A stretch of 64,000 nt of DNA from Candidatus Latescibacterota bacterium (GTDB lineage: Bacteria > Latescibacterota > UBA2968 > GCA-2709665). The DNA is taken from NCBI GenBank assembly GCA_965226795.1, contig CBDDDZ010000005.1, positions 2,432,001-2,496,000 of the forward strand. The letters run 5' to 3'. Shown here piece by piece: positions 38,685-49,171 of the stretch. A model generated the notes under the pieces. It did not search any database. It saw only the letters and a program-made list of their open reading frames with translations, and had not been told where the DNA came from. A program made the translations under genes and the position numbers. Numbering within the stretch: the stretch's first letter is position 1; each line of letters opens with the position of its first letter.

Positions 38685-39708
38685 ATGAAGACCAAAACGC
38701 TAGGGAGGACCGGCCTGGAGATCCCCATTGTGGGTCTGGGTACCGGCTTTATCGGAATCGCGGATCCCAACCGCGCGGCATCGGAATACGAGTTCATGGA
38801 TGCGTGGACCACGGGTCGGCCGAGACCTTCCGGCGAAGGTGCCGGGCAGTCCAGCCATATGGATATCGAATTGGGAGTTGCAACGGTGCACGCGGCGATC
38901 GAAGCGGGCTCTACGCTGATCGATACCGCGCCGCTGTACGGTTCGGGCAACAGCGAATCCATTATTGGCCGGGCCCTCAGGCGACGTCCCGACCTCGCAA
39001 AACGATGCGCGGTTACCACAAAGGTCGGGCAGACGGCCGACGGACGGAACTATTCCTACGACGCCGTTATGCGGCAGGTAGAGGGAAGCCAGGACCGGCT
39101 GGGCATCGACGCCTTCGAAGTTCTCTACATCCGTGGACGACGCCATGGACATACCCGTAAAAGACGTTATGGGAAAGAATCGCGCCCTCGGCGCCCTTCG
39201 AAAACTGCAGGACACGGGCGTCACACGTTGTGTCGGCACCGCCGCCAACGACCCCCGCACCAACGCCTGGTACATCGAAACGGGGGAATTCGATGCCGCC
39301 GTCGTTCCGGAAGCGCTCAGCCTCATCAATCAGCTTGCCGCCGATCGAATCCTGCCGGCGGCGGTCAGACACAACGTGGGCCTCCTGATCGCCACACCCG
39401 TAGAACGGGGGCTGCTTGCCACCGGTCCTGTAGACGGCATCAACTACCTCGCCCGGAAATTCAGCCAGACCTGCCTGGACCACGTGGCGAGAATCCAGGA
39501 CCTTTGCACGAGCCACGGCGTCCCCATGGTTGCGGCAGCCCTTCAATGGTGCACACGACATCCACAGGTTGCCGCCACCATCCCCGGCGCCCGTGTTCCG
39601 TCCGAGGCCCGTGCCAATGCCAACGCCGGAGCCGTTGATATACCTGAAGCATTCTGGATAGATCTCGGCCACCTCATCCGCCACTTTGAAGTCGACGTGG
39701 ACCGGTAG
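38685..39708 (+). pseudogene. Aldo/keto reductase, frameshifted at 39133-39136
   Basis: LGRTGL...GLGT, IDTAPLYG, TTKVG, then a frame change at LYI(H)D; downstream AALQW..RHP, TIPGA. Confidence 0.88.
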
Positions 39709-39762
39709 GCCCGAATCGCGCCGGGCACCGCACGCAATTGAAGTATCAGGGCTCTCCATCTT

Positions 39763-40653
39763 ATGTCTTTAAAACTGACCCTCCTGGGCACCGGAACTCC
39801 CACCCCTCTTTTCCACCGCGCAGGTTCCGGCTACCTCGTCACCTTCGACGAGGAAGTCCTGCTGTTCGACTGCGGCCCGGGTGTCGCACGACGCCTCCTC
39901 GAAGCGGCGGTCCCTCCCCAGGCGTTGACGCGCCTCTTCCTTACCCACCTCCACTACGACCACTGCGTGGACTACGCATGTATCGTACTCACCCGCTGGG
40001 ATCAGGGTGCGGGAAAGATCCCGGAGCTTGAGGTATTCGGTCCGGCTCCTTTGAAACGCATGACCGAACGGCTCCTCGGATCCGACGGCGCCTTCGGTCC
40101 CGACCTCGACGCCCGGACACGGCACCCCGGCAGCGAGTTCGTTTACGAACGGCGGGGCGGAATTCTGCCCCGGAAACGCCCCGACCCCCTCGTCACCGAA
40201 GTTGCGGACGGCTCATGCATTCAGGGTGGTAACTGGCGAGTCGAAACCGCCGAAGTCATCCATGTCCAACCGCAGCTCACTTGCCTGGCCTTCCGGCTGG
40301 ACACACCCTACGGGACGATTGTTTTCGGAGGAGACACGGCGCCGACCCGCCGCCTGACGGACCTGGCGCGGGATGCGGACGTCCTCATCCACATGTGCCA
40401 CTTGATCAACGACGTTGAACTCGACCCGCGAATCACAGGTTGCTGTTCCGGACACCTCGACGCCGCCCGGACCGCCTCGGAAGCGGACGTCGGCACCCTT
40501 GTCCTGACTCACGTCACCGAACAACTGGAACCACCCGGCGTCCGTGAACGCCTCGTGGCCGAAGCCGCGCGCATTTTCGGCGGCCACATCGTCTTCGCGG
40601 AAGATCTCATGGAAGTGCCCGTGGGTCCCATCGATCCGAAGCCCATTCAGTAG
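39763..40653 (+). CDS. MBL-fold hydrolase (RNase Z / AtsA-like)
   Basis: LLGTGTP, FDCGPG, THLHYDH, GDT, LTH. Confidence 0.9.
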   Translation: MSLKLTLLGTGTPTPLFHRAGSGYLVTFDEEVLLFDCGPGVARRLLEAAVPPQALTRLFLTHLHYDHCVDYACIVLTRWDQGAGKIPELEVFGPAPLKRMTERLLGSDGAFGPDLDARTRHPGSEFVYERRGGILPRKRPDPLVTEVADGSCIQGGNWRVETAEVIHVQPQLTCLAFRLDTPYGTIVFGGDTAPTRRLTDLARDADVLIHMCHLINDVELDPRITGCCSGHLDAARTASEADVGTLVLTHVTEQLEPPGVRERLVAEAARIFGGHIVFAEDLMEVPVGPIDPKPIQ

Positions 40654-40734
40654 CCTGTATGGGGCGCACTGCGTCCGCCCTGTTTCGCGATTTCCTTTTT
40701 TCAATCCCACGACTCATATGTCAGGAGTTTCCAG

Positions 40735-42099
40735 ATGAGGGCCCTCATCCTGGCCGCCGGAAAAGGCGACCGATTCTATCCCTTCAACCACTATCGTCCC
40801 AAGCCCATGTTTCCCGTATGCAACCGGCCCCTGCTGGAGTGGATCGTCGAACGCATCGTTGGCGCGGGCATCACGGACGTGGGCATCGTCGTCGGCCATC
40901 GACAGGGTCGCATACGAAACCATTTTTCCGACGGCGACAGGTTCGGATGCAGGATTACCTTTATTGAACAGGGGGAACAACTCGGCACGGCCCACGCCGT
41001 CTGCGCCGCGGCAGGCTTCATCGGCAACGACGACTTTCTGGTCGTCTACGGCGACGTCTTCTTCGAGCCGATCATCCTTTCGCAACTCCTTGATGCATTC
41101 TCCGACCGTTCCGTTGCCGCGGTACACCATAGCGAGCAGCTCAACCGGCGCATTCGCGTGGAAACCGATACCCGTGAAAACATCGTCAACTACACCTGGA
41201 AGCCCCGGTCATCCACCGGCACCGCGCTGTCGGGCCTTTTCATATTCAGGAACGGCGCGCTTCAGGATCTTGCCAGTACGTCGGATTTTGTATCGAATGT
41301 ACAAAACGGCGTCACGCCGCCCGAGGGCCACGAAATCGCCGATGCCCTGCCGCTCATGTTCCGGGAAGGCCGGCCCGCCGCCGCCGTCCGCACGGAAGGT
41401 ACGTGCTTCGACATGGACATGCCGTGGGAACCCCTGGCCGTCTGTCGTCTGGCCTTGCGTGAAATGGCCAGGGACCTGCAGGACTCTCAGACAGCGGCAA
41501 CGGCGCGGATCGATCCCGGCGCGCACATCGACGGCCCGGTGTTTGTCGACGATGGCGCGACAATCTCAGCCGGCGCACGTATCAGCGGACCGGCCTGGAT
41601 CGGCAGAAACACGCATGTTTTCGAAGGTTCCCAGATTGCGTCGGGCACCGTTATCGGAGACGACTGCCGGATAGGGCCCTTCGCGAAGGTCTCTGGTTTT
41701 GTTGACCGCAACAACCACATCACCTTTCTCGGCGAGTTCAGTGGCGTCATTCTGGCCGGCGGTCGAATCACCCACCAGATGCAAATTGCCGGTATCTATG
41801 GCGAAGGCGCGGAATTCGGCGCCGGCACCCAGGTGGGTACGCTCCGATTCGACGATGGACCCACGCAGGTTGAAGTGAAAGGAATCCGTCGTCCCGCGCC
41901 AGGATTCTCCGGCGCCCTCTTCGGCGACTACGCGCGCACCGGCGTGGGAACCATCCTCATGCCCGGCCGCATTGCCGGCCCCGGCGCCATGGTCGGTCCC
42001 GGCGTCGTTCTGATGAAAAACGCGCCAGCTCACAAGGCCGTTATTCTGAAGCAGGAGCATCAGGAAATAGACTGGGGGCCGGAAATCTACGATCGTTAA
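40735..42099 (+). CDS. Sugar-1-phosphate nucleotidylyltransferase with left-handed beta-helix (GlmU/GCD1-like)
   Basis: ALILAAGKG.R..P....PKP, LGTAHA, VYGD, hexapeptide repeats. Confidence 0.88.
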   Translation: MRALILAAGKGDRFYPFNHYRPKPMFPVCNRPLLEWIVERIVGAGITDVGIVVGHRQGRIRNHFSDGDRFGCRITFIEQGEQLGTAHAVCAAAGFIGNDDFLVVYGDVFFEPIILSQLLDAFSDRSVAAVHHSEQLNRRIRVETDTRENIVNYTWKPRSSTGTALSGLFIFRNGALQDLASTSDFVSNVQNGVTPPEGHEIADALPLMFREGRPAAAVRTEGTCFDMDMPWEPLAVCRLALREMARDLQDSQTAATARIDPGAHIDGPVFVDDGATISAGARISGPAWIGRNTHVFEGSQIASGTVIGDDCRIGPFAKVSGFVDRNNHITFLGEFSGVILAGGRITHQMQIAGIYGEGAEFGAGTQVGTLRFDDGPTQVEVKGIRRPAPGFSGALFGDYARTGVGTILMPGRIAGPGAMVGPGVVLMKNAPAHKAVILKQEHQEIDWGPEIYDR

Positions 42100-42218
42100 G
42101 ATTCTACTCTAAATCCCCGGTGCGTTCCCGAGCACGAGCGAAAACGTATCGGTCGACGCCTTTCCAGCCGCGCGAAGACCGCTGGGGGTGTTAAGACAGC
42201 TTCCAAGACGGAGGGTCG

Positions 42219-43970
42219 ATGCAACGCGACCATATCGTAACCGAGATTCGCCGGCGCGCCGATCGCTACAGACCCCAGACCCATCTGATTGCCGACTATT
42301 ACAGGATTCGGCGGAAAATCGCTTACCCCCTTCCGATCCGCAGGATTGATCTGCCCGGTCTGCCGGTACCCGGCATCAATGCGTATCCCTGGGCCATATG
42401 GATGACCTGGAGCCTGGAAGAGCGAGTCCTCAGCCTCGGGTGGGCGGGGTCCTGGTTCCGCGACGAACAGGCGCGCCGGTTGGCCGTCGCCGACTTGGAC
42501 GCTCTGGCCGAATGGCCGTGCTACCGCCAGTTTCCGATGCCCGACCTGAGTTCGGGTCATGCGCTGCGCATCCTCTGGCTGGCCTACACCCGGTGGGACT
42601 GGCTGCCCGGGAGCCTGTCGGGAAAGATCGAACGGGCGTTTCACCGCCACATTGAAGACACGCTCCCGTTGTCCGACGCCAGACACGGTGCGTTTCAGAG
42701 CAAGGACGATATCCTCGCCCTGGACGAACCCCACACCGTGCTGCACAACATCCCGTTCATCGGCACGGTCGGCCTCGCCCTGGCCGCCAACTGCATTGCG
42801 CATCCCGCCGCAGACACATTGAACCGCAGGCTGGAGGCGCTCCTTGGCGCGATCCTGGATCTGCGCAAGACCGGTCATTCGGAGGGGATCGGTTACGACG
42901 GGTACATCCTGGACTTCGCCGCCGATTGGCTAGGGACACTCTCCAGGACCAGACGCACGGCCCTGCTGGACCATCCGCGCTTTGGCGACGTCCTGGATGA
43001 GTCCATCGCGCTCGGGGCGCCCGGCAACATCGCGAATATTGCCCAGTTAAGCGATGCGGAACCCCGGGAGATGCCGTTCCACGTATCCTGCCACGCCAAA
43101 CTCTACCAGTACCGGCCCTCGCCGCGTACGGGCTGGTACCTGAAACGCTGCCCCCTGCGCTGGTTGCGCGCCGACGCCCTGGGTGCGCTCCACGAGGTAG
43201 CCGAGGATCTTAAATGTGAGCCGCCCGAAGCCGGGGCTATCGATGCGCACTATGCGGTCGTGCTCAGGAGCGGATGGGAATCTGACGACCTGGCGGTGGC
43301 CATTGCGGCGAGCAACTCGAAGATGAGCCACATCCACAACGACAACGGCTCCATCGTCGTCGGCGCCGGAGGCCGCTGGCCGATATCCGACCCCGGCTAT
43401 CAACAATATATGAAGAAAAGAGAACGTGAATTCACCCTGGGGCTCACGGCACACAATGCGCCTGTCATCAACGGTATGGCGCAGACGGTGAAGCCGGAAA
43501 TCCGCCGGGTCGCCCTGCGGCGGCGCGATGAAACGACGTATATGGCCGAATTGGACCTGACGGCATGTTATCCCGCCGGACTGGCGTTGAAACGGGTCGT
43601 TCGAACGCTCTGGCTTTCGCAAAAGAACCTGGTTGTCCTCGCCGACCGCGTTCGCGGCGCCGCTGTCGAAACCATCACCTATCACTGGCACGGGCACCCC
43701 GACGCGGCCTGGTGGGTACAGGACGACATGGCCCGGATCTACGCGCCCGACCTAACGCTATGGATTGGCTCGCCCCAGGCACGGATCACAGACGGGAACG
43801 TAGACCGGCTTCTCGGTTCCAGAGGCCACCTTACACTCAGCGCGAGTGCAGATTCATCAGCGCCGTTCGTCTGGTGGATATTCGCGAAAGGCGATGCGCG
43901 GCCCGCCGTGACTGTACACGAACGGGGGTACGGGATACGCGTCGACGGTCGCAGTTTTCGGATTCAATGA
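42219..43970 (+). CDS. Heparinase II/III-like protein
   Basis: EG..Y..Y, VLRSGW, H.HNDNGS, DPGY, AHN..VING. Confidence 0.75.
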   Translation: MQRDHIVTEIRRRADRYRPQTHLIADYYRIRRKIAYPLPIRRIDLPGLPVPGINAYPWAIWMTWSLEERVLSLGWAGSWFRDEQARRLAVADLDALAEWPCYRQFPMPDLSSGHALRILWLAYTRWDWLPGSLSGKIERAFHRHIEDTLPLSDARHGAFQSKDDILALDEPHTVLHNIPFIGTVGLALAANCIAHPAADTLNRRLEALLGAILDLRKTGHSEGIGYDGYILDFAADWLGTLSRTRRTALLDHPRFGDVLDESIALGAPGNIANIAQLSDAEPREMPFHVSCHAKLYQYRPSPRTGWYLKRCPLRWLRADALGALHEVAEDLKCEPPEAGAIDAHYAVVLRSGWESDDLAVAIAASNSKMSHIHNDNGSIVVGAGGRWPISDPGYQQYMKKREREFTLGLTAHNAPVINGMAQTVKPEIRRVALRRRDETTYMAELDLTACYPAGLALKRVVRTLWLSQKNLVVLADRVRGAAVETITYHWHGHPDAAWWVQDDMARIYAPDLTLWIGSPQARITDGNVDRLLGSRGHLTLSASADSSAPFVWWIFAKGDARPAVTVHERGYGIRVDGRSFRIQ

Positions 43971-44031
43971 ACCTACACATCGGACGGACATCCATGGCCG
44001 CCGTCAGCGATCGAAGAGCAGGAACTTCCGA

Positions 44032-45963
44032 ATGAAAGCTTCCAAAATCTGCGACGTCCCTTTCCTGGCGCCCTCCAATTCCCCGGGGGAACTCATATTC
44101 GACCCCAAACTCGGCCGCCGGGTGCTCTACCAGTCCATGTTCTCCGCGGTTCCGGGGCGTCCACCCGCCCTGGTACGCACCGACTTCGAACGCCACGAAT
44201 ATGCGTCCTTTGCCCAGCCGGACGGCCGCGGGACCTGGAAGGTCCGACTCCTGTCCGATAATAAAATCTGGTTCGGCATGAACGGCCCGGGGCAACTCGC
44301 CTGTTTCAACCCGATCACCGAGTCCTACGAAGACATCCCGCCCCATAGCCCGACAACGAAAAACTCTCACCTCACGGATGTCGTCGAAGGATCGGACGGA
44401 CGGCTGTACATGCCAGGCTTCCCCTCCGGCGACTGTGTGGCCTACGACCGGGATACCGGCGAATACAGAGAAGTCGCGGTCGAGGAGAGAAACCACCAGC
44501 TCTTCGCCGCATGTCTCACCGACGGTGGGCACATCGGCATTCTCAACGGCCTTCAGCACGGGGTCTACGCCCTCGACCCGCGCAGCGACGAAGTTAACGT
44601 GGTGTCGCCGCCCCACCTTACCGGTCGGCCGGACGCCTACAGCGGCTTCCTGCGCCTCGGGGACCAGTTCCTGGTCACGCTCGGCCACCCCGACGGCGGT
44701 ATTGAAATCTGTCGTTTCTCCGCGCTCGACCTCAGCTTTCTCGGTTCCTTCGTTGTCACGACCGCGGTTACCTCCGGACGAAACCTGATGGCCTCGCCGG
44801 ACGGCCGCGTTTTTATGAGCGTGGACGACGGCTACATTTACGCCATTGACCTGGAAATGGAAACCGCCGAACTGGCCTGCCGTATCCGTGGCGTTCCCAG
44901 CCGGGGCCACTACCACTTTCTGGACGAGAATCGGGTTATCTTCGCCGGCCATTCACAGTATTACGGCATTTGCGACATCCGAACCGCCGAACTAGACCTC
45001 CGCCGGACCGAGATCGAAAACCCCCGTATCGGCATCTTTTCCATCCTTCCGGTCTCGTCCGGAAATATGTACTGCTCGGCCCATCTGGGCCTTTCCCTCT
45101 CACGCGTGGATCCGAAGTCGGGACGGGCAGATATATTGGGCCTGACGTACAATGGCTCCGGCGAAATCTACGGCAGCGCCGAAGCCCACGGCAATATCTA
45201 CAGCATCGCCTACACCCACAACGTCCTTACCGTATACGACCCGAATCGACCCTGGCGGCCCGGCCCCGCGGAGGGCGACAACCCCCGGAATCTGGGCCCG
45301 ATGGGAGAAGAGCAGTACCGCCCTGTAACCGGCATTATCAATGGGCCAGGAGACAGACTCTACATCGGATCCATGCCGGACTATGGGGCCCGGGGTGGCG
45401 CACTTACCGTCATCGATCCTGCAGATAACAGTCACAAATCCTACCGCCACCTGATCCCCGACCATTCCATTTTGGGCCTGACCGTCGGCCCCGAACACGT
45501 GTATCTCGGCACCAGCATCATCGCGGACGGCTATATCCGGCCTTCCGAAGGCGACGCCTGTTTTCTGATTTTCGATCCCGATCGTGAAAACGTCCTGTTC
45601 GAACAGGAAATCGAGGGCGCCCGCAGCCTTATAACCATGGGATGTGGCGCCGACAGTGTCTTTTTCTGGACCGACGACCACGCGGGCGGCAACCGCTTTT
45701 TCGTCTGCCGCCTTGCTGACCGCGCCTTCCACACCCTCAGCACCTCGCTCACCAGCGGCAGACCTCACAACCGGCCCATGGTCACCGGCGCGGACGGCAA
45801 CCTCTACTTCACCCACGGTAACCGCATTGTTCGACTCGATCCCCGAACCGAAGAACTCGCCATTGCCCACACCGCGGACTCTCGCGAGACGCCGATTCTG
45901 GCCGCCACAGGCAACGGTATCCTGTTCTCCCAACGCCACGAACTCTGGCTTGGTACTATATAG
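44032..45963 (+). CDS. Hypothetical beta-propeller protein
   Basis: Recurring GxDGRLY and YDP blade motifs; DNPRNLG...QYRP; PDYG..GGAL. Confidence 0.7.
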   Translation: MKASKICDVPFLAPSNSPGELIFDPKLGRRVLYQSMFSAVPGRPPALVRTDFERHEYASFAQPDGRGTWKVRLLSDNKIWFGMNGPGQLACFNPITESYEDIPPHSPTTKNSHLTDVVEGSDGRLYMPGFPSGDCVAYDRDTGEYREVAVEERNHQLFAACLTDGGHIGILNGLQHGVYALDPRSDEVNVVSPPHLTGRPDAYSGFLRLGDQFLVTLGHPDGGIEICRFSALDLSFLGSFVVTTAVTSGRNLMASPDGRVFMSVDDGYIYAIDLEMETAELACRIRGVPSRGHYHFLDENRVIFAGHSQYYGICDIRTAELDLRRTEIENPRIGIFSILPVSSGNMYCSAHLGLSLSRVDPKSGRADILGLTYNGSGEIYGSAEAHGNIYSIAYTHNVLTVYDPNRPWRPGPAEGDNPRNLGPMGEEQYRPVTGIINGPGDRLYIGSMPDYGARGGALTVIDPADNSHKSYRHLIPDHSILGLTVGPEHVYLGTSIIADGYIRPSEGDACFLIFDPDRENVLFEQEIEGARSLITMGCGADSVFFWTDDHAGGNRFFVCRLADRAFHTLSTSLTSGRPHNRPMVTGADGNLYFTHGNRIVRLDPRTEELAIAHTADSRETPILAATGNGILFSQRHELWLGTI

Positions 45964-46004
45964 GTTGGGTCACACGCACCGTACTCTCAATAACGGAACC
46001 CGAC

Positions 46005-48131
46005 GTGAAAGTCAATCCCCATTGGAAAAACCGGATACGCCCCGACCACCCCCGGCTGTTCCTCAACCGCGACACGCTGCCGGCAATCCGCGCCCGCGCG
46101 TTGAGGGTCTGCAACGACCACTACCTCAAGGTCAAGTCGTTCGCCGAGGCGTCTCCACCCGACCTCGAATGGGCCGTTGTCAACCGTCCTCCGCCGCTGC
46201 CGGACGGCACCGAAGTGCGCGATTGGGGCCACCGGATAATGGGCTCGGCCATCGTTTATCTCGTGGAACCCACCGTGGAACGTCTCGTCCGACTCGTGTC
46301 CGAACTGCGCGCAAGCGCGGAATACTACCACGCCTGTTACGCCGAAAACGAATCCGTCAATTGGTACGCCGCCAGTCGCGCCGCCTGCCTGGTTGCCCTG
46401 GACTGGGTCTGGAACGACCTATCCGTCGAAGTCCGCCGCGAGATCGGCCTGCGCCTCCTCGACCACGTGGACGAAGCCCTTCATAAGCCCGGCATCCGTC
46501 GCCGCAACGGTTCCGACCACCGCAGCGGATTCTACGGCGCGCCCAGCCTGGCCTGGTTCGCGGGGCTCCTGCTCCACGGGGAAGGTATCGACGATATGAG
46601 GGCGGCTCGTTTTCTCGAACGGGGCTACGACGACCACGTAAAGCTGCTGGTTCACCGGGCGTCCACGTGCGGGGACGACGGCGGCGAAGCCTCTCCCACG
46701 CTCGGGTACGCGTTCGGCGAATACCCGCTGGCGCAATGGAACTTCATCCACACCCTTCGATCGTCAACCGGTCAAGACATTTCCGGGAATTGGCCGCACA
46801 TCCGGATGTTCCCAAACTACGTTATCTGGAACTGGCTGCCGGGCGACCTTGAGTTCGGTTACGGCGACAACGCACACGTCGACAACAGGATGCGGACAAA
46901 CTGGATGTACACCCATATGTCCCACATCATGCACTTTTTCGGTCAAACCCATCCCGAGTGGGCCGGACTCGCGCGTTTTATCCGCGGCATGGCCGGCGGC
47001 GCCTTTCCGCGGGACAAATGGCCCATCTACCCGTTTCTGCTTGACGGGATCGACAACACGCCACCGGCTCGTGGCCCCGGCATCCTGCCGCCTGCCCGTC
47101 ATTTCGAAGACCTGGGTCAGATCTTCATGCGCTCCGGCTCCGGAGACGACGACACGTATGCCCTTTTTTGCGGTGGCGGCAGCCTTAAAAGCCACCGCCA
47201 TTACGACGCCACCCACTTTACCATCTTCAAGAAGGGTTTCCTTGCCCTCGACAGCGGCACCCGGCAGGGAAACACCGACAACCTGCAGAACTACTACGCG
47301 CAGACCGTCGCCCACAACTGCGTCCTGATCAAGATGCCCGGCGAAGCACCTTCACCATACTGGAACGGCGACGTCTTCGGGCAGGCCGGCGGCCAGAACA
47401 AGACGATCGGCTCCGAAATTACCGCCTTCGAAACCAACCCCCATTTCACCTACATCGCCGCCGACGCCACCCCGGTCTACAACCGCGAAAAATGCGCGCT
47501 CATGGTTCGCCAGTTTATCTTCCTGCCGCCGGACCATTTTGTCGTGTTCGACCGGGTCACGTCCACCCGCGCCGGGTACGCCAAAACCTGGCTCCTGCAC
47601 CATGCCAACGAGCCCCTCGTTGAGGGCAACACCTGGCGGTCGGATCAGGGCAAGGGGCGCATATTTGCCCGCACGCTCCTACCCGAAGATGCTGTTCTCG
47701 ACAAGGTCGGCGGTCCCGGCAAAGAGTTCCTTGCCGACGGGGTCAACTATGGGATCGACGCCGGTCCTTCCCGGCTTATCATAGAGAACAAATATCCCAT
47801 AGGGAGAATTCAATACGACGATATCCCCGAGCTGATGGGACGATGGCGAATGGAAGTGAGACCGGCGACGGCCCGGAAGGAAGACCTCTTCCTGCATCTC
47901 ATACAGGTCGTGGATCAATCCCTATGTGGGATGAGCGACGCCAGCGTTACCGTGACCGGGGCCAACGTTGAACTCAGCTTCAGCGGAACCGATGAAGCTG
48001 TCTTCGTTTCGTTCGCAGCCGTGGGAGAGATAGGCGGTCACATCACCCGCATCCGGAACGGAAAACGGATCGTCGAAAAGGATCTCGCCCGGGATGTCCA
48101 GGCCCAGGCCGGTCTCGCCATACCCGCATAG
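46005..48131 (+). CDS. Heparinase II/III family lyase
   Basis: DHPRLF, GYGD, FMRSG, HRHYDATHFTIFKKGFLALDSG, QTVAHN, VVFDRV. Confidence 0.85.
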   Translation: MKVNPHWKNRIRPDHPRLFLNRDTLPAIRARALRVCNDHYLKVKSFAEASPPDLEWAVVNRPPPLPDGTEVRDWGHRIMGSAIVYLVEPTVERLVRLVSELRASAEYYHACYAENESVNWYAASRAACLVALDWVWNDLSVEVRREIGLRLLDHVDEALHKPGIRRRNGSDHRSGFYGAPSLAWFAGLLLHGEGIDDMRAARFLERGYDDHVKLLVHRASTCGDDGGEASPTLGYAFGEYPLAQWNFIHTLRSSTGQDISGNWPHIRMFPNYVIWNWLPGDLEFGYGDNAHVDNRMRTNWMYTHMSHIMHFFGQTHPEWAGLARFIRGMAGGAFPRDKWPIYPFLLDGIDNTPPARGPGILPPARHFEDLGQIFMRSGSGDDDTYALFCGGGSLKSHRHYDATHFTIFKKGFLALDSGTRQGNTDNLQNYYAQTVAHNCVLIKMPGEAPSPYWNGDVFGQAGGQNKTIGSEITAFETNPHFTYIAADATPVYNREKCALMVRQFIFLPPDHFVVFDRVTSTRAGYAKTWLLHHANEPLVEGNTWRSDQGKGRIFARTLLPEDAVLDKVGGPGKEFLADGVNYGIDAGPSRLIIENKYPIGRIQYDDIPELMGRWRMEVRPATARKEDLFLHLIQVVDQSLCGMSDASVTVTGANVELSFSGTDEAVFVSFAAVGEIGGHITRIRNGKRIVEKDLARDVQAQAGLAIPA

Positions 48132-48191
48132 GTTCCTTCACGCGTGTGACGGACGGATTCCCGTTTTTTTATTCTAACGGAGAGACATCAA

Positions 48192-49094
48192 ATGAACGAA
48201 TTCCGCGGCATCTATCCCGCGTTGATCACACCGATGACACCTGAAGGAGACTTTAACGAAGAGGCCTTCCGTCGGCTTGTGGAATACAATGTAAGATCGG
48301 GCGCCCACGGTTTCTGGGTTGCGGGCGGCGCCGGTGAAAGCGTCCTCCTGGAAGACGAAGAAAATGCCCGCATCGCCGAAGCCGCCGCCGAACAGGCCGC
48401 CGGCCGCGCGAAAATCATCATGCACGTGGGGGCGGCCACCACCGTACGTGCCGCCAGGATGGCCGAGAACGCCGCAAAGGCCGGGGTTGAAGCCATCTGC
48501 GCCGTACCTCCCTTCTTTTACCGGACCGGACCGGACGAAATCGCCGAACACTACCGGGTCGTGGGCGCGGCGGCAAACCTTCCCCTATTCATCTATAATC
48601 TTCCAAATGCCACCGGTGTGGAAATCACCCTCGAACTGGCGGAGAAAATCCGGGGGCGCGTTCCGCAACTCACCGGCCTGAAACATTCGGCGCCCGCATT
48701 CGCAAACACACGTCATTTCGCCAAAATGGGCCTCTCGTGCCTCATCGGCAGCGCCGCGCTTCTTCTTCCCGCGCTCACCATCGGTGCTTCAGGCTGCGTG
48801 GACGGGCCGCTTTCGTTGTCACCGGACGTGTGGGTCAACATTTGGACAGCGTACCACAGCGGAAATATCGAGGTTGCGGAAGCCGAACAGGACCGCGCCG
48901 CCGAACTCTATACGATCTTCCGCCGCGTCGGTTACATCGCGTCCCTGAAGGCCCTGCTCTCCGAGAAACTCGGCATCGACTGCGGCGACCCCCGCCCCCC
49001 GCAACGTCCGCTCACCGGCGAGGAGAGAGCCTTTGTCATCCGGACGGCGACGGCACTGGGGATGATGGAGATCGAAAGTCAGGGTGGCCGCTGA
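48192..49094 (+). CDS. DapA/NanA-family aldolase
   Basis: GIYPALITP, GGAGES, FIYNLP, GLKHS. Confidence 0.9.
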   Translation: MNEFRGIYPALITPMTPEGDFNEEAFRRLVEYNVRSGAHGFWVAGGAGESVLLEDEENARIAEAAAEQAAGRAKIIMHVGAATTVRAARMAENAAKAGVEAICAVPPFFYRTGPDEIAEHYRVVGAAANLPLFIYNLPNATGVEITLELAEKIRGRVPQLTGLKHSAPAFANTRHFAKMGLSCLIGSAALLLPALTIGASGCVDGPLSLSPDVWVNIWTAYHSGNIEVAEAEQDRAAELYTIFRRVGYIASLKALLSEKLGIDCGDPRPPQRPLTGEERAFVIRTATALGMMEIESQGGR

Positions 49095-49171
49095 CCGTTC
49101 CGGTCCATGCCGATATCCTTTGCCCGCGCTTTGCGCGGCTACTTTAAACCCTTTTAACGGAGAACGCCCGT

